A stretch of 40,597 nt of DNA from an uncultured Ruminococcus sp. (lineage in GTDB: Bacteria; Bacillota; Clostridia; Oscillospirales; Ruminococcaceae): assembly GCA_946186215.1 (NCBI GenBank), contig CAMHMM010000001.1:1-40597 (forward strand), written 5' to 3'. The translations under genes were made by a program, and so were the position numbers. Below, piece after piece: positions 9,582 to 17,467 of this stretch. The stretch's first letter is position 1. Each line of letters opens with the position of its first letter. The notes under the pieces are model-generated. The model was not told the origin of the DNA. It worked only from the letters and a program-made list of their open reading frames with translations, and did not search any database.

Positions 9582-10717
9582 TGAACAAGGCTAAACTCAT
9601 AACAATACTGCTTTTCTTCGGGATATCCGCAGGCGCAGGGATAGCTACTGCGGTGCTCCCAAAGGAAAGCTTTTCCGAAAATCAGAACCGCTATCTGGCG
9701 CAGTTCCCGAAATTCACTGCAAAGAGACTTTTCTCAGGAGCATATACGGATGATCTGGAAAACTACATTTCCGATCATTTTATCATGCGCGAAAAAATGT
9801 CGGAGGTAAAGACCAATTCCGATATACTCACAGGCAAAAAGGATGTAAACGGGATATATATTACCGGCAGCAGACTCATTGAAAAGATCGATCCGCCGGA
9901 TGATGCGGTGACACAGCGCAACATCGGCTACATAAACGACTTTGCCGAATTTTTCGGCAAGCCCGTTTTTGTTATGCTCGTACCGACTCAGGCAGAGATA
10001 TACCGTGATGAACTCCCGCCAAATGCACCCAATCCCGACCAGAAAAAATATATCGAAAAAGTTTCATCCCAGCTCACAAAGGTGAGCATGATAGATGTAT
10101 ACGGCTCTCTTTCAGCTTCATCAAACGAATATATTTATTACAGGACTGATCACCACTGGACGACACACGGCGCATTTTATGCATATCAGGCGGCCGCAAA
10201 GAAGATGGGCTTTGAAGCACAGACCGAGGATCATTTCGACCACAGACACAGTGCAAATGATTTCAGGGGAACATTTTATTCCAAGACACTTTACAACGGA
10301 ATAAAACCCGACACACTCGATATCTGGATACCCTCCGAAAGAAGCTCCATCCCCGAGCCGAAGCTCTATGTCTACAATGATATCGGCGCAGAGCCCGAGG
10401 AGCACAGCGGACTTTATTTCAATGAATTTCTTGAAAGAAAGGATAAATACTCCGTATTCTTCGGGCAGAACCAGCCGCTTATAAAGATCGAAACAGGCAC
10501 TGAAGGCGGCAGGCTCCTTGTGATAAAAGACAGCTACGCACACTGCTTTGTGCCCTTTCTGACCGAGCATTACAGCGAGATAACGATGATCGACACAAGA
10601 TATGTCCAGACATCGATAAACGAGCTTGCCGATCCCGAAAATTTTGATCAGGCACTTATCCTCTACAACGCTTCCACATTTATGGATGGAATAACCATCC
10701 GCACAACACCTACTTAA
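9581..10717 (+). CDS. DHHW family protein (AlgJ/AlgX-like SGNH O-acyltransferase partner)
   Basis: N-terminal anchor, ENQNRYLA, YYRTDHHWTTHGA, KDSYAH. Confidence 0.9.
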   Translation: MNKAKLITILLFFGISAGAGIATAVLPKESFSENQNRYLAQFPKFTAKRLFSGAYTDDLENYISDHFIMREKMSEVKTNSDILTGKKDVNGIYITGSRLIEKIDPPDDAVTQRNIGYINDFAEFFGKPVFVMLVPTQAEIYRDELPPNAPNPDQKKYIEKVSSQLTKVSMIDVYGSLSASSNEYIYYRTDHHWTTHGAFYAYQAAAKKMGFEAQTEDHFDHRHSANDFRGTFYSKTLYNGIKPDTLDIWIPSERSSIPEPKLYVYNDIGAEPEEHSGLYFNEFLERKDKYSVFFGQNQPLIKIETGTEGGRLLVIKDSYAHCFVPFLTEHYSEITMIDTRYVQTSINELADPENFDQALILYNASTFMDGITIRTTPT

Positions 10718-10731
10718 CTGGAGTTTTTACA

Positions 10732-11949
10732 ATGGAATACGCAGCGATAATCGTGCTGCTCATACTATCGGCATTTTTTTCATCAGCGGAAACTGCATTT
10801 TCCTCCGCAAGCAGGATCAGGATAAAACAGCTGGCCGAGACAAACAAACGCGCAAAAACTGCGCTTGACATAATCGAGCATTTTGACTCCGCACTGACCT
10901 CGATACTCATCGGGAACAATATCGTAAATATCCTTTCCGCCGCGCTTGGCACGGTGATATGCACATCAATTTTCGGAGTAAGCGGTGTCGGTATCGCAAC
11001 TGCGGCAATGACCGTTCTTGTGCTGATCTTCGGCGAGATACTCCCGAAAAGCCTTGCAAAGGAAAACGCAGAGCAGTTCTGCATCAGAGCGGCGATACCT
11101 CTTAAAATACTGATGACCATCCTCACACCTGTGACGCTTATCTTTTCAGGTCTCAAAAAGCTTCTTACAAAGGAAAAGACCGAAGAGCCCACTATGACCG
11201 AGGACGAGCTCAAATATTTTATCAACGAGATAGAAAACGAGGGTGTGCTTGAAGAAAGAGAGAGCGACCTTGTGCGCTCCGCACTTGATCTTGATGAAAA
11301 AAAGATCGCGGAGATATGCATACCCCGCGTACAGATCGTCGGTGTGGAAAGGGATATGACCATCGACGAGGTCAAGGATATATTCTTTTCGGAAAAATAT
11401 TCAAGGCTCCCTGTTTATGAAAAGACCGCCGACTCAATCATCGGTTATATCCACGAGAAGGATTTTTTCAATCTTATCGAAAACAGCGAGGAAACGAGCA
11501 TAAAAAGTATAATCCACGATGTGATCTACACAACGGAATTTACTCCCTGCGCGGATATACTTTCACAGATGCAGCGCTCTAAGATACATCTTGCTGTAGT
11601 AATGGATCAGTACGGCGGAACATACGGCATGGTCACGATGGAAGACCTTATCGAAGAGATACTCGGCGAGATATATGATGAGGCGGATGAAAACGACGAC
11701 CGCTTCAAGGCTGTTGACAAGAATATTTACGAGGTGCGTTCCGAGCTCCCGCTCCATGATTTTCTGGAGCTTTCGGGAAATGAAAAGGTCGTTATCGACA
11801 CAGAGAATATAACCGTAGGCGGTTGGGCAATGGAGCTTTTTGGTTATGTTCCAAAAAGCGGAGAGACAGTCACAAGCGATATTTTTGAAATAACGGTTCT
11901 TGAAGCACTTGAAAACAGGATAATCAAACTCCGCATCAAGGCAGGCTGA
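10732..11949 (+). CDS. HlyC/CorC family (CNNM + CBS pair + CorC) membrane protein
   Basis: SAFFSSAETA, GNNIVNI, FGEILPKS, SRLPVY, DQYGGTYGMVTMEDLIEEILGEI. Confidence 0.94.
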   Translation: MEYAAIIVLLILSAFFSSAETAFSSASRIRIKQLAETNKRAKTALDIIEHFDSALTSILIGNNIVNILSAALGTVICTSIFGVSGVGIATAAMTVLVLIFGEILPKSLAKENAEQFCIRAAIPLKILMTILTPVTLIFSGLKKLLTKEKTEEPTMTEDELKYFINEIENEGVLEERESDLVRSALDLDEKKIAEICIPRVQIVGVERDMTIDEVKDIFFSEKYSRLPVYEKTADSIIGYIHEKDFFNLIENSEETSIKSIIHDVIYTTEFTPCADILSQMQRSKIHLAVVMDQYGGTYGMVTMEDLIEEILGEIYDEADENDDRFKAVDKNIYEVRSELPLHDFLELSGNEKVVIDTENITVGGWAMELFGYVPKSGETVTSDIFEITVLEALENRIIKLRIKAG

Positions 11950-12372
11950 GCCTGCACCCAGTCGCTCTTCTATTTGAACTGGAACGCTCATTTGAAGCCC
12001 GAAACTTTCATTTCCACAGATAGTGAATTGAACGGTCAGCAATGCCGGCAGGCAGAGCCTGCACCCAGTCGCTCTTCCATTTGAGGGTAACGCTGCCCGG
12101 AACTCTCATTTCCACAGAGTGTGAATTGAACGGTCAGCAATGCCGGCAGGCAAAGCCTGCACCCACTCGCTCTTCTATTTGAACTGTAACGCTCATTTGA
12201 AGCCCGGAACTCTCATTTCCACAGAGTGTAAATTGAACGGTCAGCAATGCCGGCAGGCAGAGCCTGCACCCACTCGGCGGTCAAAGACCGCTGTTACCCG
12301 GTCGGCAAGGCCGACAGCTACCCGAACTTTCATTTGAGAGTAACGCTTATCATTAGCCCGAAACTTTCATTT
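11941..12372. repeat. Family-1 tandem array: units of 107, 98 and 107 nt, then a three-hairpin cluster and linker
   Basis: Units start at 11941, 12048, 12146, 12253 with GCAGGC-NNA-GCCTGCACCC; the first three end AATTGAACGGTCAGCAATGCCG. Confidence 0.95.
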
Positions 12373-12398
12373 GTTGTACTTATTAAGCAGTGCAGTGA

Positions 12399-12441
12399 GC
12401 CTCCCTCAGGGAGGGAGGTGCCGAACACAGTGAGGCGGAGG
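12399..12441. repeat. Palindromic repeat family 2, copy 2
   Basis: GCCTCCCTCAGGGAGGGAGGTGCCGAACACAGTGAGGCGGAGG aligns with 1468-1511. Confidence 0.8.
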
Positions 12442-12566
12442 AAGACCGCCCGCAGACATAAAACAGCAAAGTGCAGACTAATATCCGACGCAGATATTAA
12501 TATTAGGATATAAGACACAAGACTATGATTCTCCACCTATGATCTTTCTTTCTTACAGACAAAAAA

Positions 12567-12582
12567 TGTTCCACATGGAACA
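12567..12582. promoter_or_regulatory. parS site 3
   Basis: TGTTCCACATGGAACA (reverse complement of sites 1/2); palindrome extended by A6/T6 flanks. Confidence 0.88.
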
Positions 12583-12605
12583 TTTTTTATGTATCATACA
12601 AAAGG

Positions 12606-14852
12606 ATGATATCAATGACAAGACCAACCATCGGTTTTCTTATACACAGACTGGACAATGACTATTCCACCGAGCTTATCCGCGGCGCGGTAAGTGCGGC
12701 AAATGAGTATGATGTGAATATCGTTATCATCCCCGGGCGCTCGCTCAATCCCCAGCTCCGTGATGATGCAAACACAAAGTACGAATATCAGCAGAATGTG
12801 ATATACAAATTCGTCTCCTCCCGTTCACTGGATGCGGCTGTTGTATCTGCGGCAACTATCGGGCAGTTCGTTGACCGACGGGATTTCCAGAAATTCCTTT
12901 CCGAATTTTCCGATATGCCCATCGTCACCATGGAGGATAAATACGACAGATACCCCTGCATCAAAATGACCAGCAGCGGCATAAAGCAGGTGGTCTCCCA
13001 TCTTATAAACGAGCATAAGCTTACAAAGATCGGCTTTATCAGCGGTCCCATGTCAAACGCGGATGCACGCGAGCGCCTCGAATACTACAATCAGGCGCTC
13101 AGGGACAATGACATCGACTATGATGAAAGGCTCGTCCGCTTCGGTGACTTTTCCGAATATTCCGACGAGATAGTTGCCGACCTGCTCGACAGCGTACCCG
13201 ATATTCAGGCCATTTGCTTTGCAAATGATATGATGTGCAGGGGCGGATACAGAGAGATACAAAAGCGCGGACTTGTCATCGGCAAGGATATTTTTGTGAC
13301 CGGCTATGATGATTCAAAGGCAGCACTTTCACTCCAGCCCCCTCTCACAACTGTCCGCGCGGATGCATCCCGTGTAGGCTACTATGCAATGGTATACGCA
13401 ATAAACCTGATCAACGACGGCACCTGTGATGATCTTGAGCTTGAATCAAGACCTGTTTACCGCCAGTCCTGCGGATGCAATTCCATAGGTGAATCGAATA
13501 TCAGCGAATTTTTCAAAAACGGTATGCCCGATGAGATCGCCGAGCATATCATCAAAAGATGCATACCCGATTACGACAAAAAGGTGATCACATCCGACTC
13601 ACATCATCTGCGCGATGCAGTTGCAATGATCGTCAGGATATTAAAGACCAGCGATGCAAATTACAAATCAAAGATAGAAAAGGCGCTCGATCAGGTGCTC
13701 ACCAACAACTCTCCCTTTGAATACGGCGATATCTTTGATGTGATCAATCTTCTGAGAAAATACTCTACAGGGACCGATCAGAACAGCTTTACCGATTCGG
13801 TATTCACCGCAGTATACAAGACATTTTCCGATAAGCTCATTTCCCTTACCTATGAAAATGTCGAGGATATCCAGAACACATATTACCTCATTTCAAACAT
13901 CACAAAGGACATGGTGCTCGAAAATGTGAGCCGTGAGCAATCATTTTCCTCCGTGATGAACAACCTCAGCCGCATCCACCTCAGATCAAGCTATATCTAT
14001 ACCTACGGCTATGCGATCCACACGGAAAAGAGCGAGAATTTCGTGCTCCCCAAATATGTGAATCTGCGCTGCTTCCATGTGGATGATGATATCACACTTC
14101 TCCCTCCCGAGGATGGTCAGCTGAGAAGCTATAAGGTATTCAACAATGCATTCGTAACCGATGAACGCCACACCTTCGTTGCGATACCTCTCTATCTGAA
14201 AGAGGAGCAGTTCGGCATCATCATGTGCGAAACACATATCAGATATTATCCCGTGCTCTATGCACTCTCCCCGCAGGTGAGCCTTGCAATAAAATTCACC
14301 GATGTGCTCCTCGGCCTTGAATACTCCCTCGACAAGATAATCGAGGAAAACGAGCTGCTTGAAAAGACATCCATGCATGATGACCTTACCGGTGTTTACA
14401 ACCGCCGCGGCTTTGCATTTTTTGCCCGCAAGCTGATAAACGCCGAGGAAAATGCAGGCAAAACTGCATACTTTATCTATGCGGATGTGGATAATCTCAA
14501 AAAGATAAACGACACCTTCGGACACAGTGAGGGCGATTTCGCCATAAGCAATTCCGCAGGCATCCTGCTCGAAAGCTTAGGCGGCTCCGATATCGTGGGA
14601 AGAATGGGCGGCGACGAATTTGCAGCCATATTTATCGGTAACGACCCTGCCGATGATGATATCGCAGTGAGGATAAAGGAAAACGCCGCAAGATTCAACT
14701 CCCAGAGCGTCAAGGATTACAACCTCAATATAAGTGTAGGTATTTCCAAGATTCTCTGTTCTCCGGACGCTACCTTCAATGAAGCAGTGGATGAAGCAGA
14801 TGCCGCACTGTATGAGGATAAAAAGAACAAGTGCTTTGAAATAATGAAATAA
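12606..14852 (+). CDS. Diguanylate cyclase with N-terminal LacI-type ligand-binding domain (start 12606 or 12615)
   Basis: IGFISGP, ERLEYY, GDFSE, FANDMM, VTGYDD, PPLTTV, YRQSCGC; C-terminal DDLTGVYNRRG, KKINDTFGHSEGD, RMGGDEF. Confidence 0.92.
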   Translation: MISMTRPTIGFLIHRLDNDYSTELIRGAVSAANEYDVNIVIIPGRSLNPQLRDDANTKYEYQQNVIYKFVSSRSLDAAVVSAATIGQFVDRRDFQKFLSEFSDMPIVTMEDKYDRYPCIKMTSSGIKQVVSHLINEHKLTKIGFISGPMSNADARERLEYYNQALRDNDIDYDERLVRFGDFSEYSDEIVADLLDSVPDIQAICFANDMMCRGGYREIQKRGLVIGKDIFVTGYDDSKAALSLQPPLTTVRADASRVGYYAMVYAINLINDGTCDDLELESRPVYRQSCGCNSIGESNISEFFKNGMPDEIAEHIIKRCIPDYDKKVITSDSHHLRDAVAMIVRILKTSDANYKSKIEKALDQVLTNNSPFEYGDIFDVINLLRKYSTGTDQNSFTDSVFTAVYKTFSDKLISLTYENVEDIQNTYYLISNITKDMVLENVSREQSFSSVMNNLSRIHLRSSYIYTYGYAIHTEKSENFVLPKYVNLRCFHVDDDITLLPPEDGQLRSYKVFNNAFVTDERHTFVAIPLYLKEEQFGIIMCETHIRYYPVLYALSPQVSLAIKFTDVLLGLEYSLDKIIEENELLEKTSMHDDLTGVYNRRGFAFFARKLINAEENAGKTAYFIYADVDNLKKINDTFGHSEGDFAISNSAGILLESLGGSDIVGRMGGDEFAAIFIGNDPADDDIAVRIKENAARFNSQSVKDYNLNISVGISKILCSPDATFNEAVDEADAALYEDKKNKCFEIMK

Positions 14853-14856
14853 GAAT

Positions 14857-14887
14857 ATCCCGTGAGACCATCTGATCTCATGGGATA
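14857..14887. terminator. Hairpin between convergent genes
   Basis: ATCCCGTGAGA-CCATCTGA-TCTCATGGGAT. Confidence 0.6.
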
Positions 14888-14901
14888 AAGCTTTGCCGTA
14901 A

Positions 14902-15099
14902 TCACTTCTTGCTGTTGTCCGTTCCGCAGTTGGGGCATACATAGTTCGGCTGGCTGAACATTGTCCGCTTTGTCTTGAAATAGCTGCTGCACTTGACACA
15001 CATTATGCCCGCATACTTTCCGCCGGACACACCTTCAAGCTCATCGGCATCCAGACGGACATCGTCATTGTTTGTGATATTCTCATTAACCACAGACAT
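14902..15099 (-). CDS. 65-aa peptide: double-glycine leader plus CxxC...CxxC core
   Basis: MSVVNENITNNDDVRLDADELEGVSGG|KYAGIMCVKC...CPNCGTDNSKK; SD GAAAGGGG suits ATG 15099; own sigma-A-type promoter. Confidence 0.8.
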   Translation of the reverse strand: MSVVNENITNNDDVRLDADELEGVSGGKYAGIMCVKCSSYFKTKRTMFSQPNYVCPNCGTDNSKK

Positions 15100-15154
15100 A
15101 GGCATTCCCCTTTCCTGTACACAATAAAAAGTCCGAAAATAATTTCTTTTTATT

Positions 15155-15183
15155 ATTATGCAATATTTCTTAACATTTGTCAA
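15155..15183 (-). promoter_or_regulatory. Sigma-A-type promoter for the peptide gene
   Basis: TTGACA-17 nt-CATAAT on the minus strand. Confidence 0.7.
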
Positions 15184-15263
15184 GTGTATCATATTTTTTT
15201 AACATTTAGCACAGCTGCCAATGTCACGGAACATTAGAATCAGATAAAATCAGAATTTTCATA

Positions 15264-15292
15264 TTGACTTGCAGCACTTTTTACTGTATAAT
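15264..15292 (+). promoter_or_regulatory. Sigma-A-type promoter for mntP
   Basis: TTGACT-17 nt-TATAAT. Confidence 0.75.
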
Positions 15293-15327
15293 TGATATGT
15301 TTGTGACTTACTTTTCCGGTGAATAAT

Positions 15328-15903
15328 ATGAATTTACTTTTCTTTCTAAACAGCATCCTGCTGGGCGTAGGCCTTGCGATGGACGCATTCTCCGTTTCTC
15401 TTGCAAACGGGCTCAGCGAACCGAAGATGCGCAGGCGCAAAATGTGCATCATCGCAGGCGTGTTCGCATTTTTTCAAGCGCTTATGCCGATGACAGGCTG
15501 GATATGTGTTAAAAAAATAGTCAGCCGCTTTGCCGTATTTGAAAAATTCGTCCCGTGGATAGCGCTTGTGCTGCTACTGTTTATCGGGATAAAAATGGTG
15601 ATCGAAGGAGCAAAAAACGATCCCGACGATGAAAAAACCCGCGTTGGTGCGGGCGGACTGCTTGTACAGGGAATAGCCACATCCATCGACGCACTTTCCG
15701 TGGGATTTACCATATCCGAATATGGATTTGTCATGGCGCTCGTCTGTTCAATGGTGATTGCCGCGGTCACATTTGTAATATGCATGGCGGGACTGTATTT
15801 CGGGCGAAAATTCGGAACAAAGTTCTCAGGCAGAGCTTCTGTTCTGGGCGGCCTTATACTTGTCCTTATCGGTATAGAGATATGGGCAACGGGGATATTC
15901 TGA
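15328..15903 (+). CDS. mntP: Manganese efflux pump MntP family (start 15319 GTG or 15328 ATG)
   Basis: GLAMDAFSVS, FQALMP, ATSIDALSVG, GGLILVLIG; about 6 TM segments. Confidence 0.9.
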   Translation: MNLLFFLNSILLGVGLAMDAFSVSLANGLSEPKMRRRKMCIIAGVFAFFQALMPMTGWICVKKIVSRFAVFEKFVPWIALVLLLFIGIKMVIEGAKNDPDDEKTRVGAGGLLVQGIATSIDALSVGFTISEYGFVMALVCSMVIAAVTFVICMAGLYFGRKFGTKFSGRASVLGGLILVLIGIEIWATGIF

Positions 15904-15936
15904 TCAATCATAGATATTAAACCGAAAGGAGAGGCC

Positions 15937-16317
15937 ATGTTCAAAAAATTCAGATCACAGGAAGAACGAAGACGATACGGCGGCTCATGCTTTATCGAAC
16001 TGCAGTTTTGCAGACTGCCCGCATCCGAATCACCGGAAGTAATTTTAGACCAGTTCGACAACTGGAGAAATGATTCTCTTTATGTGCAGGGAGACGAGCC
16101 TTTATACACCGTTTACGGGCCGATATTCGGAAACGGGATCCATCCGAATATGACGGAGAGCTACCTTGATGTATGGGGCATTACATATTATAAGCCGTCC
16201 CAGATCGACGGGATCATAGCCCGCGCTCTTGAATCAAAGCCCGAAGAATATGAAATGCTTGTTGAATGGTTAAATGAAGCAAAGAATTATAACGGCTTTT
16301 ATATACGGGGCGTATGA
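15937..16317 (+). CDS. Hypothetical protein
   Basis: 126-aa ORF with strong SD (AAAGGAGAGG); no family recognised. Confidence 0.8.
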   Translation: MFKKFRSQEERRRYGGSCFIELQFCRLPASESPEVILDQFDNWRNDSLYVQGDEPLYTVYGPIFGNGIHPNMTESYLDVWGITYYKPSQIDGIIARALESKPEEYEMLVEWLNEAKNYNGFYIRGV

Positions 16318-16334
16318 ACCAGCACCCGATCACA

Positions 16335-16377
16335 AAAAAACCATAGTATCTGATCTGGTCAGGTACCATGGCTTTTT
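16335..16377. terminator. Probable bidirectional terminator
   Basis: AAAAAACCATAGTATCTGA-TCTGG-TCAGGTACCATGGCTTTTT between convergent genes. Confidence 0.65.
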
Positions 16378-16419
16378 ATTATAAGCGCCGTATTTTACAA
16401 ATCATGACTTATCAGATGA

Positions 16420-16848
16420 TCAGCCTCCGGGCTGACAAGCATCGTATACTTTATATATCATGCCCGATTCATCATATTCCATATAATAATAGTGTTTCAG
16501 ATGATCCGGCATAATGGGGCCGTTGTCTGTATAGATGTAGTATGCAGCACGACCGGCCTTGTTATCAGCAACATCACCAAGGTCAAAGGCTCCGTATTTT
16601 TGTCGAACTTCATTGATGCTGCTGTCCAGAATCGACCAGTCATTGTATTTATAGTATGTCGGGTGGGAAGCATCAAATAATATCATCATCAAAAGAAGAA
16701 GACTGTTGATACTTAATAAAATAACAGGTGCTTTTATGCTTTTCCTCTTATGTTTTCCTTTGATGATCAGAATGACTGATATTATTCCGATCACCAAGAA
16801 GATCAAAAGAAAAAACAAATAACAAAAATAAATGCTCCATGGATTCAT
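16420..16848 (-). CDS. Hypothetical two-TM membrane protein, AT-rich
   Basis: 142 aa, two hydrophobic segments then a Tyr-rich soluble part; SD GGAG. Confidence 0.75.
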   Translation of the reverse strand: MNPWSIYFCYLFFLLIFLVIGIISVILIIKGKHKRKSIKAPVILLSINSLLLLMMILFDASHPTYYKYNDWSILDSSINEVRQKYGAFDLGDVADNKAGRAAYYIYTDNGPIMPDHLKHYYYMEYDESGMIYKVYDACQPGG

Positions 16849-16992
16849 GTGTGTTCTCCGATAACTTTATTCCGGTTTGTCTTATAAACGATCAGTGCCC
16901 GACTAAAGTGCTGTCAATAGAAATGCCATAGTACTTCCGACTGCATATCAGAAATTCTATGGCACAAAACTTCTATAATTCACGGGCGATGT

Positions 16993-17451
16993 TTATTTTG
17001 TTATGCTGCCCTGTGTCATCATTCCGCGGTCATTGATATATACATAGCTGCACATATCCCCGCTTATCAGCAGCAGAGACGGACTGAAAACTTCCCAGCT
17101 TTCCATATCCGATAAAATATCATCAAAGCTGCCGTAAATGTATATGCCAAGCAGCTCCCTTGTGCCGCCCATAAAGCACAGATACATTTTATCATGCGAT
17201 ACAGCACTGCCCGGAGGTGTTATCTCTGTCTGACCGGGAAAGTTAAGATCCATCTTTGTGATGATAGCTTCTAACCTTGCCGATTCATCCCTATCTGCAA
17301 ATCTGTATTTTAAACCAAAGCAGTCTATTTCATCTGTGAGCCGTTTTCTTTCATTTTCGACGGCCGCCTGCTGCTGCTTTCTTTTAAGCTGCTCCAGCTT
17401 TTGCTTCAGCGGCGAATCGCTGCTGCCCGTGTTCTGATCTGTAGATAACAT
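16993..17451 (-). CDS. Hypothetical protein downstream of gyrA
   Basis: Start reassigned to MLSTDQ (17451) after GGAAAGG/AGGAG to avoid overlap with gyrA; N-terminal coiled-coil-like segment. Confidence 0.7.
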   Translation of the reverse strand: MLSTDQNTGSSDSPLKQKLEQLKRKQQQAAVENERKRLTDEIDCFGLKYRFADRDESARLEAIITKMDLNFPGQTEITPPGSAVSHDKMYLCFMGGTRELLGIYIYGSFDDILSDMESWEVFSPSLLLISGDMCSYVYINDRGMMTQGSITK

Positions 17452-17467
17452 CTCCTGTGCCTTTCCT

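Noticed and set aside
11941-12372. Possible CRISPR array
   Set aside because: Whole ~100-nt units repeat with no unique spacers, the units are degenerate and dispersed elsewhere, and there are no cas genes.
15293-15327. yybP-ykoY Mn riboswitch before mntP
   Set aside because: The promoter leaves a leader of about 30 nt, too short.
16335-16965. Similar CCATAGTA...ATGG hairpins flanking the AT-rich 16420 gene as cassette recombination sites
   Set aside because: Similarity is short, both fit terminator positions, and there is no integrase or attC core.
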